From Lama guanicoe (lineage: Eukaryota), in assembly GCA_013239625.1 (NCBI GenBank), contig MU054391.1:4857824-4921823 (forward strand): a DNA stretch of 64,000 bases, read 5' to 3'. The notes under the pieces were generated by a model. That model did no database searches, was not told the DNA's origin, and was given only the letters and a program-made list of their open reading frames with translations. Below are positions 58,251 to 64,000 of this stretch, piece after piece (the stretch's first letter is position 1; each line of letters begins with the position of its first letter). Made by a program: the position numbers and the translations under genes.

Positions 58251-60647
58251 ACCTTCCTCCAAAACGACCCCCTCATTGTTCAAGCCCCTGCAGGTGCCCG
58301 GAGCCCGCTGTCCAGGGAACGGGATTAGGTCTCTAAGGAAACAGTCAAAAACACTCACACAGTGGGAACGGAGAGGACTTGACGGTGGTTTTCACAATTA
58401 GATCCGTGAGCTTGGAAGGGAGAGTCAAAGCTTTCTTCCAAGGTGCCCTTTGTCCCCCTGTGGCCACGGCTCTGCCGTGACCGTCTCCCCCACCCGAGCC
58501 CCCTCACTCCCTGCGATTGTTTCCCGGGTCTCCCCGCCTCCATCCTATCAGCTCATTGTACTCATGTTTTCCCACCGCACACAACACGCCCTTCACAAGA
58601 CCGCAGGGCTCTTTCTAAACCCAGCTAATCCTCCGAGATAGGCAGGCTATGCCGGGGTAAGAAGTTAACCCAGGAATCTCCGAGGCTTCGGGAACCAAGG
58701 TCACGCCTCGCTCACCCCCCAGGTACACGGGGCCCATGGACTCCACATCTTGGGACCCAGCCTCGTGAACATGTGGCTTCCAAGTCTGCTGAGTCAATGA
58801 GAAAGGTGTGGAGAGCGCACATCAGAGCTGCTCACAGCCCCAGGCAGACGTGGCCTGGATCCCTGGGGGCCGGGAAGACTTGAGGGCCCGGGAAGGAGAG
58901 GCATCTGGGTCACCTCTCGAGTCATGCCTCTGGATCCACGGCTTCTGAGCTCCCACCATCTGCCCAAGTCCCTGGCCCTGCCCTCCGGCCACCACCATCG
59001 CACCCTCTGCAGATCCAGCTCCAACCCCCTGCCCCCTCCTTTGTCTTAGTGATCGTGGCGCAGACTCTCTTCGCAGAACCAGGAGACTGGGCAGCCAGGC
59101 GTCGTGGGGCAAGAGGCAGGACTGTCCAGTCAGGGAAGCCAGAGGCCTGGACCGTGGTGGGGTCCTGGGCAGGAATCGTGGGGAAGGAGTGGGGCTGGAG
59201 GGCAGCGCCTGGCAGCCGAGAGCAAAGAAAGTTGCAGGCACAGGGGTCCTGTTCCCCTAGAGAATGACTTTCTGCCCCAGAGCCCAGCTCCTCTGAACAC
59301 AAAGACATTCTTTATCACTTCAAATCTCCAGAAATCACGAACCTTGCAATCCCAGGACTGGACAGCATCCTAAAATGTCATCTGGTCCACCCCACCTGCC
59401 AGAGGAAGGTGCCGTCAAGCCTTTACAGAAGCCACAGGGTCGTGCAGGGTCACTGGGCAGGAATGGGGTGGGGGGCGGTGGCCCAGCTCCTGCTCCTTCT
59501 CCCATAACCACCTAAGATGGGGGCAGAGTCAGAGGCAGGACCTGGGCCCCTACTTCCCGTTGCAGCCGGACAGCCCCCGTTGTGCAGCTTCAGGGGCCTG
59601 GGGAGCCAGCGAGGCCAAGGGGGCTCGGGCTGGGGGCCTGGGAGCCCACAGGCCTGTACGCTCATTCCTGGCTCGACCGCTCTTTCCAGCTGCAGAGCCT
59701 TCTGCTAACTATTTAACTCCCCTGAGCCTCGGTTTCCCCAGTGGAAAAGAGGGGCGTCCAGGATGCCCCTCAGCCCTCACCAGAGGTGAGCTCCCCTTCC
59801 CTTCCTCCTCCTCCTCCCACCAAATTCAAGTCAAGCCAAATTGATTTTTCTAATCAGCCTCACTAATTTCCTGTCCTGGCAGTTCCCGAAACTCAAACGC
59901 CTTGTTGTTCGGGGCCCGCGGTCTGAGCTTCCTCTGGTCTTCCCGTGGGGGCCACATACCAGTGGGGCGGGTGAGGACCGGGGTCAGCCCCGAGGACCCT
60001 GGGCCAGCCCGGCTCATTGTCTCGGAGCCAACGGTTTACTGATTAACTCTTTCCCCCATGCGGCCCGCCTCCCACGCGCATTCACAAGATACTAACCTCA
60101 TCTCGTGCGACACAGCCTGGCCGCCCACATGACAAGAGGACCAGCGTGCTTGGGCTCTGAGTCACTGGCCAACACCATATTTAATGCCTTTCCAGGGTGA
60201 TTTGTCATCGAAGATCACTTCGGCTTTACCTGCCAGCATCTCCCGTGTCAGCCTCACATCCCTCGGCCTCCTGGGACTGCTCAGCCACCTCTCTATTCCT
60301 TCTCTTCCAGCTCTGACCTCCCTCACCCAGAGTCAGTCTGTTCATCACAGGTGCCCTCACCCTTCTCCAGACGGCAGCCTCCTGTCACACCCCCAGGCCA
60401 TCTTCACATTTCCTTCCTTCCCCATCTCTCCTCCACTCTCAAGCACTCTTATGTCTTAAGGAAATTCCCCATTTCTGCTGTCAGTCTGCGAAGCCCCCTC
60501 CTCCCGTCTTCCCTCGGGGAGGTCCCACTCCTCTTTCCTTCAAGCCGTCTTAGTTCCATCCTGGGTCTCCTTCACAAGCTGGCCGCAGGAAGCATGCCCC
60601 TAACCCAGAATCCTTCAAGTGCACAAGGGAAGCAGGCGAGGGCTCGG

Positions 60648-61108
60648 TGTGTTCCTTCCTGTGGCTGCCAGGACAATGACTACAAATCAGGTAGCTTTAA
60701 ACAACACAGAAGCTGGAAGTCTCTCTCTCTCAGCTCCAGAAGCTGGAAGTCCAAAACTAAGGTGTCGGCCGGGCCACGCTCCCTCTGAAGTCTCCAAGGG
60801 CAGGACGCTTCCTCGCCTCACCTTAGCTTCCGGTATTGCCAGCAATCCTTGATGGTCCTTGGCTTGCAGGGGCCTCCCTCCAATTCTGCCTCCATCATCA
60901 CATGGGGTTCTCCGTGTGTCCTCTCCCTAAAGGGGTCCAAATGTCCCTCTTCTTATAAGGACCTCAGTCATTGGATGAAGCCCACCCATATGACCTCTGA
61001 ATTTGATTACATCTGCAAAGCCCCTATGTCTAAATAAAGCCCCACTCACAAGTACCGGGGGTCAGGGTTTGAACACACCTTTTTGGAGGTCACAGCTCTG
61101 CCCCCACA
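60648..61108 (-). mobile_element. MLT1C-like MaLR solo LTR
   Basis: 'cctgtggctgcc..aaggtgtcggccgggccacgctccctctgaag..cttcttataaggacctcagtcattggat..gattacatctgcaaag'. Confidence 0.9.
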
Positions 61109-61109
61109 C

Positions 61110-61225
61110 TCGTTGTGCATCTGCCTGAGCCTAGGTTTTCTTATCTTTAGGATAACACCCACTTCCTCGGGGTGGTTGTGAAGACATGATGAGATGGAGT
61201 GGTGGAAACTGGCTACTTCCTGGCA
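61110..61225 (+). mobile_element. MIR fragment
   Basis: 'ctgagcctaggttttcttatct..cttcctcggggtggttgtgaaga'. Confidence 0.55.
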
Positions 61226-61614
61226 CAGATTTCTTAACCCTCTTCTGTCAGGACCCACAAGACACTCTTGCAGGTGTAACTTCAGGCCCCCTCGGCTGCT
61301 GCCTCTCCTTCCGTCTCTTTCTGTCCTGAAAAAATACAGAATGAGAGTGACAATCGTAAAGGCCAGGCCTGGAAACTCTGCAAATATTTTATTCTTTTTA
61401 ATTACGGAATCACTGGCAAACCTTGCCACTTTATCACGAAGACAAGTTTGGAAACATCATTTTGTTTCTTAAACAATTAAGAACCCTCAGTTTAGACACA
61501 GCACGAGTTCCTTAGCAAGCACCTGCCCCTCACCCCTTCCCTACAGCCCAGGGCAGCCGCGGCTCCCCTGGCAGCTGAGGCCTGGGGCCCGGATGTCCAG
61601 CTGAACCCCAATTG

Positions 61615-61745
61615 ACTGTTAACTAGCCAAACAAACCTGGGCAAGTCCTCTCAGTGATCCGGGGCTCTGTTTCTCATCCATGAAATACTGGCCCCCAGCT
61701 CACTGGGCTATTGTGAAGATGGGATGGCATATCCTGGTGACACAC
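61615..61745 (+). mobile_element. MIR fragment
   Basis: 'cctgggcaagtc..ctctgtttctcatccatgaaat..ctcactgggctattgtgaagat'. Confidence 0.6.
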
Positions 61746-62539
61746 ACGCACCTGGCGGACCCTGAGAGCCCCGTATCTGTGAGCTGCTAGACTTGCAGTG
61801 CAAACGCTGCCCCTGGGGCAGGAGAGACTCCAACCTGAATCCAGAGACCAAGGCCGGAGGGATTCCCTTCCTGCCTGAAGGCCTTGCTCTGTTCAGCACA
61901 AAGCTGTTTGCTAAGTGATGTCAGAGGCCTCCCAGGCCCTGTCAGCCACTTCAGTTCAACTCTCCACACTCCGAGCTGGAGATCGGGGCCCAGGGAGGAC
62001 GAAGGCCCTGAGGGGTGTGCAGAGCTGACTCCCCGTTACGGAGGGACTGGTTCCCCACCAGCCCCCACCTCTCCTGGACCTCTCTCCATCTGGGGGGGTG
62101 GGGTGTTGAGAACTATCGCAGCAGTGACCCCAGCCAAGGATTTCTAGTCAGGCCACTGACAGCAAACATATCTCTAACTCTAGTGAATTAAAACTAATTC
62201 TGTTCTGAAAACATCCCTGGAGGCTTCGAGAATGTGCAGACTCCTGGGTGGCTGAGATCCTGCGCTCAGGCTGCAGGCTGCCTTCCGCATTCCCTGTGCC
62301 TCACAGACTTCCTGTCTCACCCTCCAGGGTCCCTCTGGGCCCGGAAGTTAGCCTCACTCTGTCTCCCTGCGCCCCAGGGTTCCTCTGGCCAGAATCTCTG
62401 TTTCTAAAGCAAGAAAGAGACAAGGCTGTTCAAATCTCTTCTTTCCTCCCTGCATTTCCCTCCCTCGCTTTCCTAAACCTTTCTCCTCCATCTCTGCGGC
62501 CAACCCCTTTTCTGTTCAAGGTGCAGGCAATTGGAGACT

Positions 62540-62800
62540 TTTAGAAGGATTGATAAGAATGAAACACCGGGAGGAAAGAGGAGCTAACATCTTAATTAGA
62601 TGTTAAGGTTTGGCCAATGGGAAATCGTCCTGACGTGCTAGACGTACTTTCCCAGAATTGCTGCTGCATAATTATTTACCATTTTTCTTTCATTATCATT
62701 CATTCACATCGTCCACATGATAATTCCTCCTGCCAGTTTCTAGTCCACGTTAATAGTAATGCGTCATTTTCCCCAAGTGGGCATGGCTGGGTTTGTTTTG
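62540..62800. promoter_or_regulatory. Candidate enhancer with a palindrome and dense transcription-factor motifs
   Basis: TGATAA 62551, palindrome 62585-62605, CCAAT, TGGGAA, TGACGT, TTCCCAGAA 62649-57. Confidence 0.4.
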
Positions 62801-63037
62801 TTTTGTTGATGAGGGAGTCGGTTCCTTTTTTTAAGGAAAAAACTGTTGTTTATCTCCTTCTGTAGATGGGGAATGAAAGGACAAAATTAAAAGAGGTTTC
62901 TTACCATGCGTGAGTCTGGAGCAGATTTAGAGGAAGAGTTTCCCGGGGGTGGCACCTGACCAGAAGAGGCAAAAATGAAGTGAGTTGCCCCAGAAGGAGA
63001 ATGTTTGGAATGTCTCAGGGCTCCCTAAGCGGGGTGT

Positions 63038-63080
63038 GGGTCCCTGTCGGCCCGGATCCCTGCCGGCCCGGATCCCTGCC
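63038..63080. repeat. 16-bp tandem duplication
   Basis: ggcccggatccctgcc twice, exact (63049-64, 63065-80), plus a partial upstream copy. Confidence 0.95.
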
Positions 63081-64000
63081 TGCCAGTAATGGCACATTTT
63101 CTAGAGGCCAGGGCATTTTCTGGGAAGGGACCACCTGCTTAGCTGATTTTTTGCCCGGAATTCCTGTTTCAAGGATCAAAGACCTGACAAGATACTGTTT
63201 CAAGCTCCATCGGAAAAGTCATCCCAGCTCTTGGTTTCTCTACTGATTTCTCTTTTCCAAAGCGGCAACCTCTCTGGTCCCCCAGACCAGGAAGGCTCCC
63301 CGGCAATACTGACTCCCCAGGACTCGAGAGACCGCGGGGCCACTGCCCAAACCGCCTCCCTCCCCCTCCCCCCAAGGGTCCCCTACAATACGTCCCTGGA
63401 AATGGACATCTCTGCACCCTCTAGGGCTCCAAAGGCTGCCTGTTAAACTCTCCAGAGCCCAGAGGCGGGTAACCTAACACTCCTTTCTGATAAGCACTCG
63501 GACTGTCTTTTGCCCAAATACAATGGTCCTCATTAGCTTTCACTGGGGCTTTGAACTCCACACAAAACCCTCCCCTCCCCTAACTGCCCGCTGGAGCTGG
63601 AGCCGGCCCTGGGGGCCCACCGCTCAGCATTTCCTCTGTGGTCTGTTTTTAAGGTGTTTATAATGGACCCTTTTCCTGCTCCAGACTCACCCCCGGAGCT
63701 GAAATCTCCTCGGTCTGGGAGGCTCTTCTGCTGCTTTCCAGTCACCGACAGCTTTTCGTGCCTGAGAGTAAGCTAAGCTGCTTCGGAGCGGGGCCAGTTC
63801 TTAGCCCCTGTGGGGAGTGGGGTGCAGGTCATTCCGATGCCCTTCGGAAGGGCCGGTGGGAACAAGGCTGAAAAAGCGAACTTGCTGGAGCCCGTTTCTC
63901 CCTCTGGCCCCAACCCGCCTCCCCAGCTGTGCTTCAAAAAATCTCTGGGAAGTGAAACAGCTCAAAGGCAGACTGCTTACTTGTCCTCCTAAGCGGTGTT

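Noticed and set aside
2250..60170. Numerous AP-1 (TGASTCA) sites
   Set aside because: Scattered 7-mers without clear clustering; their number is not distinguishable from chance by eye
1..64000. CRISPR arrays, tRNA/rRNA/snRNA genes, prokaryotic operons, tRNA-derived young SINEs, and naming the locus
   Set aside because: I saw no regularly spaced repeats or RNA-gene signatures, the DNA is clearly mammalian, and with no recognisable exon any gene name would be a guess

Overview
Non-coding, GC-rich placental-mammal genomic DNA. I can support no protein-coding exon, RNA gene or CRISPR array; the supplied ORFs look like chance frames from GC-rich, repeat-derived or microsatellite sequence. The ancient eutherian repeats (MIR, L2, L3/CR1, L1MB/MC/ME, MLT1/MLT2, MER3/MER5, MADE2, a Tigger2-type MITE), the artiodactyl-type L1 3' ends (one resembling the camelid tail as I recall it) and the apparent lack of Alu, B1, Bov-A, PRE-1, CHR or SINEC elements suggest a cetartiodactyl, probably a camelid (inference). 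The best-supported structures are several nested insertions: a 460-bp ERV solo LTR with an intact 4-bp TSD splitting an MLT1B; a twin-primed, 5'-inverted L1; a Tigger2 MITE in an L1 tail; an L1 tail splitting a MIR; and an L1 tail inside the ORF1 of an older L1. There are also two promoter-like CpG-rich patches, several repeat-free AT-rich islands with homeodomain/HOX motifs (candidate conserved enhancers), two RFX X-box clusters and a patch of repeats shifted from A/T to G/C. The window reads as a gene desert or a large intron with regulatory elements. I found no convincing novel biological system. Repeat names come from recalled consensus sequences rather than a search, and boundaries are approximate unless a TSD is given.
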